Both the position numbers and the translations under genes were made by a program. From the NCBI RefSeq assembly GCF_009914755.1, contig NC_060939.1: 64,000 nt of DNA; one strand, 5' to 3'. The notes beneath the pieces were generated by a model. That model had not been told where the DNA came from. It made no database searches and worked only from the letters and a program-made list of their open reading frames with translations. Shown here piece by piece: positions 47,448 through 62,289 of this stretch. The DNA is from the human T2T-CHM13v2.0 reference genome, Homo sapiens. Numbering within the stretch: the first letter of the stretch is position 1; every line of letters begins with the position of its first letter.

Positions 47448-50400
47448 AAATAATAGCAAGGTAACCTCTGTGCAATGCTCTTTGATTGTTAACATTAAAT
47501 TGCTGGGAAGGAAGTTGTTTTAAAATGTATATTTTAAAAAACAGATTCATATATCAAATAACAATTGTCATTCAATCTCTAAGAATTTGTATACATAATA
47601 TGCATCAGACTCTATAGTAAGAACAGGATCAGAAAGCAAGAGGAGAGGAGATATGAGAAAGTATCATATTCTCTAAAAACCAATTCTAAAGATCTCCTTG
47701 CTTTAAGTAACTGTATCCTTGGACTACCATCACAGCATTTTGGGTGCTAGCTATCACCCCTGCTACATAGGCCTAAGAGTTCAACCTTCAGAACCTTGCC
47801 TGGTGCCATGATATAACTCCAGGAGGTTATATCACTGGGCTGCTGATTGCCTTATTCACCTCTGTGTCCCTGGTACCTGAGGGCAAAGCAGTCACGCAAT
47901 AAATGTTTGCTAAATGAATTGAATGCATAATAAAATGCTCTGCAACCATCAAACAGGCTACCAAAGTGCATTTCTTGACATGAGAATATATTTATTATTT
48001 ATAATTGAACAATTATTAAACAAAATGTAATACTATCTTTTTTTGGTAAGAGAATTATGCTTAAGTACAGAGAAACACACATACCCATATATTATCTATA
48101 GAAAAATACCTAAGAAGAGAGACAAAATATTGCCAGTGATTATCTCTGGATGGTGAGATTTTAGATGTCTTTACATTTTATTTCATTATCCTCATTTTCT
48201 TATTTTAGACAATAACTATGTCTGACTTCTAATAAAATGTATGGTATTAGAAGGAAAAAACCTCTTCTTTCCCTTATCAATGTCACACATTTCAATAGCC
48301 TCGGATGCCTGGCAATGGGAGAGTCTGCACTGTTACAAACTGGTGAAGTGTTGCTGCTGCTGTCCCCAGTATTCAGTAATGAGGGGAAAGAGGGCAACTC
48401 TGTTCAGTAGCAAGAAAATGGTACTCAACCTTTGAGTCTGTTAGTTGGATTTTCAAATCTGCATAGGAGTGTGTATAGGGGATTCATAGTTTTAGATTCT
48501 TGCTCAGGGTGAGGCTCCAATAAAGAATAACTGGGTTTCAAGACTCAAATTTGCTTGGCTCCCCAGTTACCATTGACTTAATAAGAGAATCCAGTTAGCA
48601 GACTAGTATGGAGAACAGAATGCAGATTAGGTTTAAGGCTAACTGGTTATGTGAATTTGAGCATGGTTTTTAACTTCTCTGAGCCTGTTTCTTCACTGGC
48701 ATAATGAGGGGATTGGAGTATGTGATCAAATATTTTCTGGGAATATATGTTTTGGGATTCTCTTTCCACCATGATATCCCGTTGGGGCCTGACTGCTTAA
48801 AACAAGAAAGTCAAAAGTGATTGTTTTTGAGGACATGTGACTGTTTTCACCCAAAGTCATTAGCTTTCTAGGATCAGAAAGTTGCTCCTGCCTTGGGAAC
48901 AGGCTTCTATACCTCTAGCCTGGGCTCAGCCAGAGGCCCAGCACCTTCACATGAAAATTCATGATATGAAACGATGCTCAGTATAAACTGTCATAAAGGA
49001 AAAGAAAAATACAAAGCAAATGGTAACAGAGATCCACTTTGGGAGGTGGGATGATAAAGATACCCACAGCAAGGGGCTGTTGAAAGTTGATTTCTTAAGA
49101 CTCAAAGACCTCTACTCTGTTAATAGCTGCTAATGTAGACCTCAGGGACAGTGGGGCAAAATGGGCATTATGCAACTTCTCCAAATACTTTGTGTGTATG
49201 TGTGAGTACTAAATAAGCTAACACATATAAAGCGCTTAGCATGGGGGCAGGTAGCTAAAAGGTACCAGTTAATGGTGGCTATGATTATTGTAACTTGTAA
49301 ATGTGGTCTGCACTCTCCTTTCTTCCCTCATCACTTTGACCATTTCATTTCTGCTTCCTGTGTTGCTGCGCAGACTTTCAAGTTTTCCCCTATTATTTTC
49401 CTATATCAAATACCTTACCTTCATCTTTGTATGTAGTTTTTGTTCCAGAGGTAGCATTATACTTGCAGGCCAGTGGGCTCTAACTGGTTAACCTGGAGCA
49501 GAAAGTATACAGTGTCAATATTTAGAGTGGCACTATTTGACTGACAGTGGTTTTCCCTTCTCAGAGTAATTACTCTTTGTTTGGATTCTCGGTTTTCATA
49601 AAAGAAACTTGGCTTGCTAGCTATTACATATACCAAATGAAGCCTAAGCTTGTGTAAATGTTGAATAATGAATTAAAATAAAATTGCTGCTAGTGACAGG
49701 CCTTCCATGACTCAGTGTGGTTTTGGAGGCAAAAAGTCCCCTATGTCAGCTTCCATGAAGGAGAACATTAGAGTGGCCACATAGTACAACCTCATCGCAG
49801 TTCCATTTGGCTGAATGATACAGACAGCTTTAGAGATAAGCAGGGGCTTTTGAGTCCTCCCTTCCTGAAAACACAAGCGGTCCAAATGTTGACTTGGGTA
49901 CCAGTAACTTTCATGAAGACATAGGCCTTGGAGTTATACTCCACCCTGTGAAGCTTAACTGCTGAATGTTGAAAGCACATTTGAAAATGATTACATCTTT
50001 CAGGACACAATCAAAGACTCTTTAGTATTTAGCAAAGAAGCAATCAAACATACATTTGTGGAGGGATTGGTGAAAGCCACTTTGGCCAATATCCATCAGG
50101 AGACATTTTAAGACCCAATATCCTTAAATTTAGTTCTATTCTGTAAGACCCACCGAATCTCCATTGCAGATCACTGAGGAAGAAAAAGTAAGTGCCACAT
50201 GATGTTAATCTAAGTGAATGTGATTTTAGTCCTCAGGCAAGTAAAGAGAAAGGTAGGAGATGAACCTTTAGAAGAAAAGTCATATGGAGAGGTGGGGCAA
50301 TTTATTTTGGGCATGGTAGAGTATGTACTTATTCTAGTTGAAATTAAGAGAGAGTTTGATGCTAATATGTAGACAAATATTCCTTGATTGGATTAATTAG

Positions 50401-50865
50401 TTTTTTTTAAAGAACCAAGATCTTTGCTGAAAAGATTAACATGTTTCTTTTTGACCCCAGACCTACCCCTGTTTCCAAAGCCTCAAGGTCCTTCAACCTC
50501 TGCCAAAGCCGTTTTCTACCATCAACCAAAGCAGCCGAATCAGGATCTGAGCTAATTCAGCTCAGTTCAACTTGGCAAATATTTACTGTGCATATTTTAC
50601 TCTGCTAGAAACAGGGGAGACACAGGTGAAGATGTAGTCCTTACTCCCAAGTAGCTCACAGTCCAATAGGAAAAAGACCTGTCATCAACAATGAGCTTAT
50701 CTCTGTGAAGTTACTGAAAAGTTAGAAGCAGCCCCAGGTTACCACAGTGACATAAACAAGGGTCTGTGAGGCAGTGCCTGCCCTGGAATTTCTGGTTAAA
50801 AGAGGTTCAGGGACAGCAATCTAATTGTATGTGCTGGGAATGGGGCAGGATGGGTGGGTAGCAGG

Positions 50866-51044
50866 TAGGGTTGCCAGACTTAGCAAATAAAACTAGAGAA
50901 CACCAAGGTAAATTTGCAGTTCAGATAAACAACAGATAGATTTTTAGCATAAGTATATCCCATGCAATAGTCTAAGTTGTTTTTTTTTTTTTTTTCTGAA
51001 ACTCAAATTTAACTGGGAATCTTGTATTTTATATGGTGGGCCTA
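50866..51044. mobile_element. MER53 palindromic hAT MITE (inner arm damaged)
   Basis: TAGGGTTGCCAGACTTAGCAAATAAAA...TCAGATAAACAAC...CTGAAACTCAAATTTAACTGGG...TGTATTTTAT. Confidence 0.8.
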
Positions 51045-51169
51045 GGAGTTGCCTTGCAGTTTTAATTGCTTAGCATATTTACTGAAGACTGAGACAGTGT
51101 CGAGGTTAGAAAAGGCTTCCTGGAGGGAAGAACCCAGGGGCTGGGTTTTGAAGACTGAAAATGAGAACC

Positions 51170-51340
51170 TAGGCCCTTTGAATCAAAGTGTGATCTACAG
51201 ACAAGCAACACCAGCATCACCTGAGAGCTTGCTGGAAACGCAGACTCTCAGGCACCACCCCAGACCTACAGACCCAGAATCCGCATTTTAACAAGATGTC
51301 CAGATGATTCATATGCACATTAGTGTTTGAGATGCCCTGG
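51170..51340. mobile_element. MER5A MITE
   Basis: CAAAGTGTGATC...CAGCATCACCTGAGAGCTTG...GCATTTTAACAAGAT...GTTTGAGA. Confidence 0.8.
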
Positions 51341-53752
51341 TCTAGGTGAAAAAGAACAAGGAGCAAATGAAAGAAATGGCATGCCCATATGTACACATAC
51401 CCAAAACAGCACAGTCGTCTCGTGAAAAATCAATCACTTATTTTATCCTCTATCACACACAGCACAGCCAGCAATATCTTGCACTTTGTTATTATTATTT
51501 CTTGCATAGATATTCTTCTTCTTTCCATTATAGGAAGCAAGAAGGCCAATATTACTCTTATTTAGCAAGAGTTATATCCTGGTGAATGGTCGGAAATTTA
51601 AAGACATAAAACTTAGTTACAACCTACTAGGTTATTTTCATTCATGTTCAATTAAGGGTTTAGTGTACAGTGGGCTACACTTTCCATGTATGTAATTCTG
51701 ATATGCATTAGTGATTCCTCCACATTTTTATGGTTCCTCATGTGCATAATTCTACCATGCATTAATGCTTCCTCTACATTCTACAAATGGGGAAATGAAT
51801 GCCTTGAGGGTTGAGTGACTTGTAAGTTTCAAACGCAGAATTCTAACCCGCAAATGTCTGACCCAAACTCTACATTTTTTGCCCATTGCTTTTAAGAGGT
51901 GACCGTGAACAAAGTGAGAAATGTTTAACATTCTAAAAATCTTTTAGAAAATTCAGGTTAAACAAACATTGCTACAGACTTCTAGACATTTTAGGCAGCA
52001 TTTTTTTGTTTTGTTTTGGTTTTATGGGGGGGGGGCAGCATTAACTTGCTAATTGCCTCAATTGTACATTCTTGCATGTATATAAAATCGTGGGCCTTAT
52101 TATTGGCCTACCATTTTCTCTTCTCTTCATTTATCTAATCTCAAGGCTCACCTGATACTGTTTCTCTTTGTTGTTCCTTAAAATGGTTTCCCATAGTGCC
52201 TTAACTCACAGGGATCCCATTCCAGGCCCTTCTTCCAATTCTTTGTTCTTATTGATTCTGCTTGTGGTTCTCAACTTTCCCCCGAGAAGTGGGCTCTTAA
52301 ACAAACAAACAAAAAACTGAAATCATGCATAAGCCAAATTTGAAAAGAGAAGTAGAGCTCTGGAATGCCCTATCTACCCCAGACTCACCTCTTCCCTCCT
52401 CCAGTGTTCCCCATGTGCCTCCCAAAGATCCCTTAGGCACGTGGAGAACATTGGGAGGAGACAGATGTGTGCCACTTGTATTGCCGTCTCAATTTGTTCT
52501 TGTACCTGTGTCTATTTTCCTAAATAAATGAAAGCACCTTGAGGGTGGAGAATATTGATTATCATGGCTGCCACCTCATCCAAATCCCAAAACGGGGCTC
52601 TGGTACTTCTGCGCATAAGAGGGCAGAATATTTGAAGGCTAACCCTGAAAAACCTAGAAATATGGTCATTTTCTACTTTCGTGTCTCTCCTCATGATTCC
52701 TAGCACAGTGCGTTCCACGTAAAATATGTTTAATCAATTCCGTACATGCTGATTACTTGACTGCTCTTGGAGTTAAGTGGATCATTTTAATTGTGTTGGC
52801 TGAAATATATTTATTTAAATTGTATAAATTGACTGCACTCTTTATAATAGCGTGTTAGTGAATAGTGTTTTCAAAATTTAGAAATAGTGGAAATAAGAAC
52901 AACGTACATCCGGACAGCAAATAGCTAAATAGCTACCATCTGATTTACAGGTTGTCATGCTTCTTTCGAAATAAAAATATGTAGTAAGATAAAATGTGTT
53001 ATAAAGATTTAAACTCTAGGAGGAACTTTTTGTTTGGATATTCTCCTTCCTTAAGCATTCAAAAGTTTCTTCTACTATCTTGAGGATTAAATCCATAAAG
53101 GAGGTAATCATTTAAATTAAAATATTGCTGAAAATTCAGATGGGCATATGGAATGGTTTCCTAGTTGCAAATGGAGTCTCTGTCACATAAAAAATTGTGG
53201 CTTCTTCAAAGTCTAAGTGAATGACTAGAATGCTCATTCCATCATTAGTCTATTCATTCATTCGCCAAATATCTATTGAGCAACTTATACATGCCAGGCA
53301 CTCTGCTAAATACAAGTGGTTATACACTAAAACACCATATGCACTCCTCCAAAACCTCATGTTCCGCAAAATCATGCACTTAAAAAATAACAGGACTTGG
53401 AAGAAAAATAAGGTTGGAACAGACCACTCAAAACCTAGGCTGTTTTGGAACCAGAGCACTAACATGAGTAACAAAAAACAATAACAGTTCTAAAAGTTTT
53501 AACATAGTTAAAAAGACCTGTTAAATTTCTAAATAATAAATACTGTGGTAAATATTTACCAACTACTGTAAATATTTATTAAATAAATAGTTGTTAAAAG
53601 GTGATTGGTTGCTTGGTAGAAGTGGGTGTGAGGTGTAAGGGAGGGTGGAAGCCAGAGGTCACTGAGATATGGAAGTGGGGCCATGGACGGGGAGGACCGT
53701 GTTCCAGCACTTCCAAGACAGCGTGGAGATGCAGTCAAGAGGAAGAGTGAGG

Positions 53753-54185
53753 TGTATCAGCTCAGATTTCCCTCAAATCAACCTTAAGAGCAGGATTTTG
53801 GTGCAAGTAGTTTATTGGGAGGTGATCTAGAGGAAGCACAGTGAGAGAGTGGAATAATGAGCAGGCCAGGGAGGAAAGTCTCTTCACTTTATTACATGAC
53901 ATCAGTGAACAGATTACTACTGTGGGCAACTGGGACTCAGCCCAAGTGGGACGTGTCTGGCTGCAGATCACCACTGGGTCATTAATTCCTTAGCAGTTCT
54001 TGCCCTATGTACAGCCCAGGCAATCTCTCTTGGCTGTCAAGGAAACATACTCAGAGAGATGCAGATAGTGACTTGCAGGTCCTAGAACCTTCTGCAAGGG
54101 ACCTTGGAGAAGTATGTAGGCTGGGAGGATCCAGGAGGGAAACTTAGAAGGTCTGCTAGTGGGCAAATGAGGATGTATACAGTGA
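53753..54185. mobile_element. ERVL-type LTR (LTR33-like)
   Basis: GGATTTTGGTGCAAGTAGTTTATTGGGAGGTGATC...GAAGCACAGTGAGAGAGTGG motif. Confidence 0.6.
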
Positions 54186-54377
54186 GGCAAATGGGCACTG
54201 GGTTCAGTATTGTATTCATTAGTGGCTTGCTGGGATCAGCTTTGTTTGATTGCATCAGTTACTGTTTGGTGGAACAAAACTGTGGAGTGTTAGCACATAT
54301 TACCCAGGAATCAGGGAAACTTCCAAGTTATGCTTATATCATATCCCTATTTATGGATTGTGTATGGGAATATCATC

Positions 54378-54703
<326 letters not shown>

Positions 54704-55782
54704 TGAATAAACTACTGAACTGCCCCTGATTGCAAGAAACTTCCAGGCTAGTGGGAGAAACAGGAGTTTAGATTTCAGTGAGGCGCTATGGGAGAATATG
54801 TTACAAAATTCAACACATCCCCAAAGGTAGTTCCCCCCTCTAGTCCTGGGGCATCAGGGAAGAGACACTGAAATTCTGAAGGATGAGCAACAGGTAGGTA
54901 GGTAGGCGAGAGGAGAAGCCTAGGGAAATAAACGTGTAAGAATACAGGGTGAACTGATGATGAAGTCATTGCCCACTCCCTACAAATCAGCAAAGACCCC
55001 TGGATTACCAAGAGTTTAGTGTAAGAAAAGGGGGAACAGGAGGACTCAAATTTGGGTCCTCGAAGAAAAAATTTAAACCCTAAGGTAGATGCTCAAATTG
55101 ATCCCTGCCTCATGCAGAGCCTGGCTGGCTGCAAGGATTGGATAAATAATAAATACCAGCCCCTTCTGTCTCTAGGATCAGTGTCCTGCCTTGACCTTGC
55201 TTATCAGATCAGGTAGGAAACCGAGGGCCTCCTTACCACATGTGGTCATTACATTTCCCATGGCATTTTTCACAAGAGGCTCGGGCTGCTTCCCTGGCTG
55301 TTCTCCAGGTAGGTAATTATCTTGCCTCCTGTTCTAACTCCCTTGTGGTTTCAGTTGTAGGAGAGAGCCTTCTTCGTTCCCACATGATTGGCTGCTGGTA
55401 CTGAAAGGCTTCATTCCGGAAATCTGTTACCTTCTGCCCTGGAGCTTGGCTGGCATTCAGGGGTGGGAGAGGATGTTTGAGGACAACTTGGCTGGGTCTA
55501 TCCTTACTAAGAGAAGTAGAGAATTGGGACTAATTTCCTAATACATTGAGCACCAAATGTAATTATTTATCGTATGACCTCATTTTCAAAAAATATGAAA
55601 ACCTGGAGTGTTCAGGGAAATGAAAAAGTTTCTTATTCAAGATTACCAACATAAAAAGCGTATTCTTTAGCTTCACCATAAGGTATGCTGTTTTGGCAAA
55701 GTGGTGGGTAATCACGATGGTCAAATTTGCTGAAGATGACACACCTGAGGACAGAATATCTGCACTAAGACTCTACCAGAAA

Positions 55783-55866
55783 ATCTGTCTATCTGAATCT
55801 ATCTATCTATCTATCAATCTATCTATCTATCTATCAATCTATCTACCTACCTACGTACCTGTCTAT
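55783..55866. repeat. (TCTA)n / (CCTA)n tetranucleotide repeat, interrupted
   Basis: ATCTATCTATCT...TCAA...ACCTACCT. Confidence 0.9.
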
Positions 55867-56953
55867 CATAATCATTTCCTTCCTTCTTCATGCATTATTA
55901 GTGAATAGCTGTCAGCATGCAAACCTTGGTGATGATGTTCCAGGCAGTTTCATCAGGCAACCAGTAGTTTCTGAGTTGGTTTTGCAGTTGCATGGCCCTG
56001 GCACAGGAGATATACACAATGACAGTCCCTCCCCTCCTCCCTCAGTTCACTTCCAAGCTGTAACGCAGCTTAAGAGGACCAGTTCTTAAAACAGGCCTGA
56101 CTTTAAATCCTGGCACCACTACTGCTGCATTCCTGAGCAAGTTAAACTTGCGAACCCACAGATTCTTCATCTATAAAATGGGGGCAATAATATTGGTACC
56201 TAACTATTACTAATTTAATAGAATAATAGATTCCATGAGATATTGAAATCAAAGTGCACAGTGTCTGATGCCTAACAGGTTCAATACGGTTCAATACGTG
56301 TTTGTAATCATTAATAAAACACCAAAAAACAGATACAAAACATGACTACACTGCTAAGGGAAGAAACGCCCAGTCCTCCTCTTCTGTTCTCCCCAGCAGC
56401 TCAGAGAAGAGCTGGTGCTTGGTAGAAACATAAGATGGTTGTTAAGAATATTGGCTTTGTGGTCAGCCAAACCTGGTTAGAATCTCAAGTTTGTTACTTA
56501 TCAGCTCTGTGACACCAGGTAAGTTAAATGACCTCTCCAAGCCTTGTTTCCTCATGGTAAAATAGGATAGTTGTAGGATAAAATGCAGTCACTATAGGAT
56601 CACATAGAACTTGCCACATAGAAAGCACCAAACAAATAATAGTCATTACTATTAGAGACAATGAAGAGGAAGCATTTGATGATTTGACCATAGGAGCCAC
56701 TCAAAATGCAGCTATTTTTTAATCTTTATCAATCACTTGAAATTGTCTGTTATTCAATATTTATCAAAGGCCCAGTTGAAAGATACTGTCCATGGAGGTC
56801 TCATGAAGGGTAATAGTCCCTCCCTCTCAGCCATGGAACAAGCCAGTTCATCTTAATGCAGAGGTAGGCTTTTACTGACTTTATCTTTGGCTCTCCGCTC
56901 CTGGTGAGCATTGGAGCTCACCCAAGTTATCACATGCATGAAAATCACTGTAG

Positions 56954-57286
<333 letters not shown>

Positions 57287-57429
57287 TTACCATTGGGTTT
57301 AAGCAGGGAAATTGTTGAAATCAAGACCACTCCTTCAAACAGTATTACTGTTTGAGGACCTGCAGACAGAAAGTCCCTCAGACTTCAGTTCCTTGAAAAC
57401 CCAGACCACTTCAAGTTCAACTTGTAATG

Positions 57430-57572
57430 TAAAAACTTTTAATTTTGAAATAATTATAGATTCACAGTAAGTTGCAAAGATTGAACAGAGAGGTCCCATG
57501 TACCTGTCACCATTTCCCCCAGTGGTTATACCTTAGAAAACTATAGCACAATATCAGAACCAGAAAATTTAA
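57430..57572 (-). mobile_element. L1M 3' end fragment
   Basis: TTTTGAAATAATTATAGATTCACAGTAAGTTGCAAAG... typical L1MB/MC terminus. Confidence 0.65.
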
Positions 57573-60174
57573 ATTATCTTTAGGGGCTTTAATGAAATGT
57601 ATAGCATACCTAACTGATATTAACCCTGAGGTTTTTTTACTATCTTCTCTTCATTTTTCTCTTTATTTTGTTTTCTCTTTCCGTTTATTTTATTATATTT
57701 TTACATCAAATCCTTTTAGGAACAAGATTGGGAATAAATTAATAAATTTAATGAAATATCCTTGTATACTAACACTATGCTTTATAGAGTTTGGAATATT
57801 GTTCAAGTTAGGTGAATCCATAACCAGAAAGAAGTATAAATTCATAATGTCTTCTCTCTGTACTGTAGACTCTTACCAGAGCATTTCAGCATAAAGACAT
57901 TGGGTAGCCCAAGGACAGTTACTTAATTGACTAAAACTTGGTTTTTTTAATGATCAAATTAGAATACTACTATGACTGTACTATAATAATAATAGGTAAC
58001 AGCTTTTGAACATCTATCACCTGCCAGACACTATGCAGAGCAATTCACATGCATATTTAATTCAATCTGTTACAATTCAATCCTATCACTAAATACTTTC
58101 CAGGAATATTTAAGTTACAGATGAGGAGACTGAGGCTCAGAGAGGCTATGTGCCCAGAACTTACACAGTTAATAGATGACAGGTTGGCCAGGAGACCTCT
58201 ACTATGGCACTTGGAACCATATTCACATTTATATCGGTGATTTAGTTTAAATGACATCATCTGTCATAATTAATTTCAGCAAAATGACATTATCTGTGAC
58301 ATGCTGTGAACTTGATTTTGGTTATGAGGATTTATTTAATCTATAACTTTTATATGAAATAAAACTGCTAAGGAGCTGTACTTTATTTTATGTTTGTATA
58401 TTTTAGGCATCATTCTGAAAATAGTTGAAGTCAATATTAGGGAGAATTTTTTTTCCACTGGCAAGGTTGATACGTTTCTCAGATTTGGGAAATATTGATA
58501 CAGGGAAGTTTCATCTTTTATCTGTTTTATCTTTTAAATCTTAAGTCTACAAGATTTATAAACACTGAGAGGAAAAAGAGATCCCATTGGGATGGGCTAG
58601 AAAAAGTGGGATTTGAACTAGCTTTGAAAGAAGTATGAAATTCAGAATGACATCCAGCTGCAACACCCACCACCCAGGTAATTTTTGGTAGGTTTGTCTC
58701 ACGTGGATGGCTAGAAGGGTATTATTCTTCTTTCCTCAAGATTCCAAGTGGAGCCCTTCAAAAGCTGAGAACTTGGTTAAAAGAGGACAGCTTTCCAAAT
58801 AAAGGGGGATCTGTCTTCAGTCAGAAAACAAGTTTCAGATAAGTGGAGATGAGAGAGAAACCCCTCTTGCTAGAAGAGTCCCAGGCATGCAAGGGGAAAT
58901 GAGTAGAACACATCGAGGTCCTATATAAACCAGGCTGATGGAGCCAGGGACCACAGTGAAAGTTAATTAAGATGAATTAGAATCAGAACCAAAACCAGAA
59001 CCACACAGTGGAAGGCTCTGAACATGGAATAAGGAGTAAAAAGCTAAACAGTGGGGAGCCATTGTATATCTTTGAGTAGGAGATTGGTATGAAATACAAA
59101 TGCAGAAAATGACTAGAAGAAGGGAAAGCTTGCTGGACTAAAAAGAATATGGGTTGTATTCACCAGAGTGGGGCTTAGACAAGTGGAATAAGGCATGTGG
59201 GAACAACCCTCCTTCACTCCCAGGGAATGGGGACTCTGACATCAAGGAGTAACTGAAGGGCACTAGTGAACTCAGACCAGTTATGGCTAGAGTCTCAACT
59301 TCCCCGACGGCTTCCTATATTTTGGTTAGATCTATACACATAATGGAGAAACCTTAATATTTTTCCCTTGTCCTGCCGGCAAAGCTTGTGCCTACGCTAT
59401 CCCACTGGGACCAAAAACCACATTGAGATTCCACAAGTACATTTTTTACAATACTGGGCAATAGCACATTCAGAAAGACTCTTCCCAGGGTAGCTACTGC
59501 AATCAACTTTCTCACTTTGGGTTTCTATAGTAAAGAACTTGTCTGAAGGTTTCATGCAGAGAATTCAATTTATATCATCCAAATAGGTGAAACATGAAGT
59601 GTACCTCCCTAGCTCCTGGGGTTGGTAGCAGTCCCCATGTTTACCTTCACTATTTCCTGGTTTCTGGGAGCAAATGAATTGAAATTCATGTTACAATTAA
59701 AAACCATTAACAAACATCAGGAATAAGAAGCAATTAGTTAATGTATTATTTAAGGCTTTACTACACTTCAGCTATCAAGGGCAATCATTCATTTGCAGTA
59801 AAATTTGTTTTACCCATTATTAAATGCTTAAGTGTCTACTGATAACTGAAAATATGTTTGGATTTGCTTGAATTCTACTCTAGGGAACAATACCTTGACA
59901 ATATTTCCTGACCAAATACCTAAAATTATGGCATGGGGTCTAAAGCTAAATATATTAACTTTCCAACCCCCCTAAATGCTAGTCTATATATTTTGCTATA
60001 GATTCTTTATGTTAATCCATCCATAATTTTTAAATATCTGTTCTGTTCAGGGCACTATGTTCAAAGCTACAGGGTAGTTGAAATGTAGTTATTATCCTCC
60101 ATAAGCTTCACTTCTTCTCAATGGATGTAGTTAACTAGACATTAATAATGACAACAATAGGGCTAGACATTTAT

Positions 60175-61075
60175 TCCAGCACCATTTATTGAATAGGGAA
60201 TCCTTTCCCCATTATTTGTTTCTGTGAGGGTTATCAAAGATCAGAGTGTTGTAGGTGTGCAGCTTTATTTCTGGATTCTCTATTCTGTTCTATTGGCCTA
60301 TGTGTCTCTTTTTGTACCAGTACCATGCTGTTTTGGTTACTGTAGCCCTGTAGTATAGTTTGAAGTCAAGTAGTGTGATTTCTCCAGCTTTGTTCTTTTT
60401 GCTTAGTATTACTTCGGCTATTTGGACTATTTCTTGGTTCCATATGAATTTTTAAAAAGTTTTATCTAGTTCTGTGAAGAATATCAGTGGTAGTTTAATA
60501 GGAATAGCATTGAATCTATAAATTGCTTTGGGCAATATAGCCATTTTAATGATATCGATTCCTCCTATTCATGAGCATGGAATGTTTTTCTAATTGTTTG
60601 TGTCATCTTTTATTTCTTTGAGCAGTGGTTTGTAGTTCTCCTTGTAGAAATCTTTCACCTCCCTAGTTAGCTGTATTCCTAGGTATTTTATTCTTTTTGT
60701 GGCAGTTGTGAACGGGAGTTCATTCCTGACCTGGCTCTCAGCTTGACTGTTGTCCTTTGCAGGGACACAGATTGGGTTAGAGGCCATTAACCTTAGCAAA
60801 CTGACACAGGAACAGAAAAGCAAATACCACATGCTCTCACTTATAAGTGGGATCTAAATGATAAGAACACATGGACATATAGAGGGGAACAACACACACT
60901 GGGGCATTTTGAAGGGTGGATGGTGGGAGGATGGAGAGGATCAGGAAAAATAACTAATGGGTACTAGGCTTAATACCTGGGTGATGAAATAATCTGTACA
61001 ACAAATTCTCATGACACAAGTTTACCTATATAACAAACCTGCACTTGTACCCCTAAACTTAAAATAAAAGTTAAA
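60175..61075. mobile_element. Older L1PA/PB element with 5' inversion (minus 60175-~60750, plus ~60750-61075)
   Basis: Minus-strand ORF2 (ORF 60590-60832, ...[28 protein letters not shown]) joined at TGT to a sense 3' end (TGTCCTTTGCAGGGAC...AAATAAAAGTT). Confidence 0.85.
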
Positions 61076-61119
61076 ATACATGACAATAGTAACAATAACT
61101 GTCTATAGATAATTTTTTA

Positions 61120-61440
<321 letters not shown>

Positions 61441-62289
61441 TCATAAAATTTTATCTTTTAATTTTCCATTTAATATTCAAGGGGATTCTTTGAGATAAGA
61501 GGTAGGGAGAGGCAAGACTAGCTACACTAAATAAGAAAAAAGAGTTTAGCTAGAGACATTTAATAACTTACTCAAAGTCACAAAGTTGGTGATGGGAATA
61601 GAACTAATATTGAATTTCCAGACATGTGATGAAGTACTCCATTTACCTACCGACTGAATTTTTAGTTATATGACACTAGCATGTCTCCCATATACTGTGG
61701 AAGAAGTACTCTGTAATGGTAAGGCAATTTGGATGTAGGGATCTTCAAAGCAGAAATAGCAAATTTCTGTTTTAGAAAATTTCTGGCTTTATACCAAATT
61801 CAGAGGGGTAAATTGAGCTAACCCTGGATACTACCTTTCCATTCCAAACAAGATAAATTATGGATAGACTGTTTAAAACTTTAAACAATATGTACCTAAC
61901 CATGAAAGCAAGAAATGAAAATGCCCAGATGCCAGAAATGAAGAGGAAACTAAAAACTAAAGTCATGAAAAGTTGAAGATAGAGAGGCATGAGATAACAG
62001 GAACTGCTAGGTGCCCTGGGACGGGGAGAAAAACACCTGATGAGGAAGGAGTCTGGAACTCAGGCAGCTGGCACTGGGCAACTGGTTCCTGGCCTGAGAA
62101 ACTCAGCTCTGTGGCCTGAGAACTGGCACGGTGGCACACAGTCATCCCACACTGCGAATGAGAAGCATTTGCTCCAGAAAGAAACTGGAATCCCATGCTC
62201 AGTACTGTGTGCCGTAAGCTGGTGGGGGCCAAATTCATATTTCCTGAGAGGCACAAGGGCTTAATTTCAAAGCTACCTGATGGTATCTC

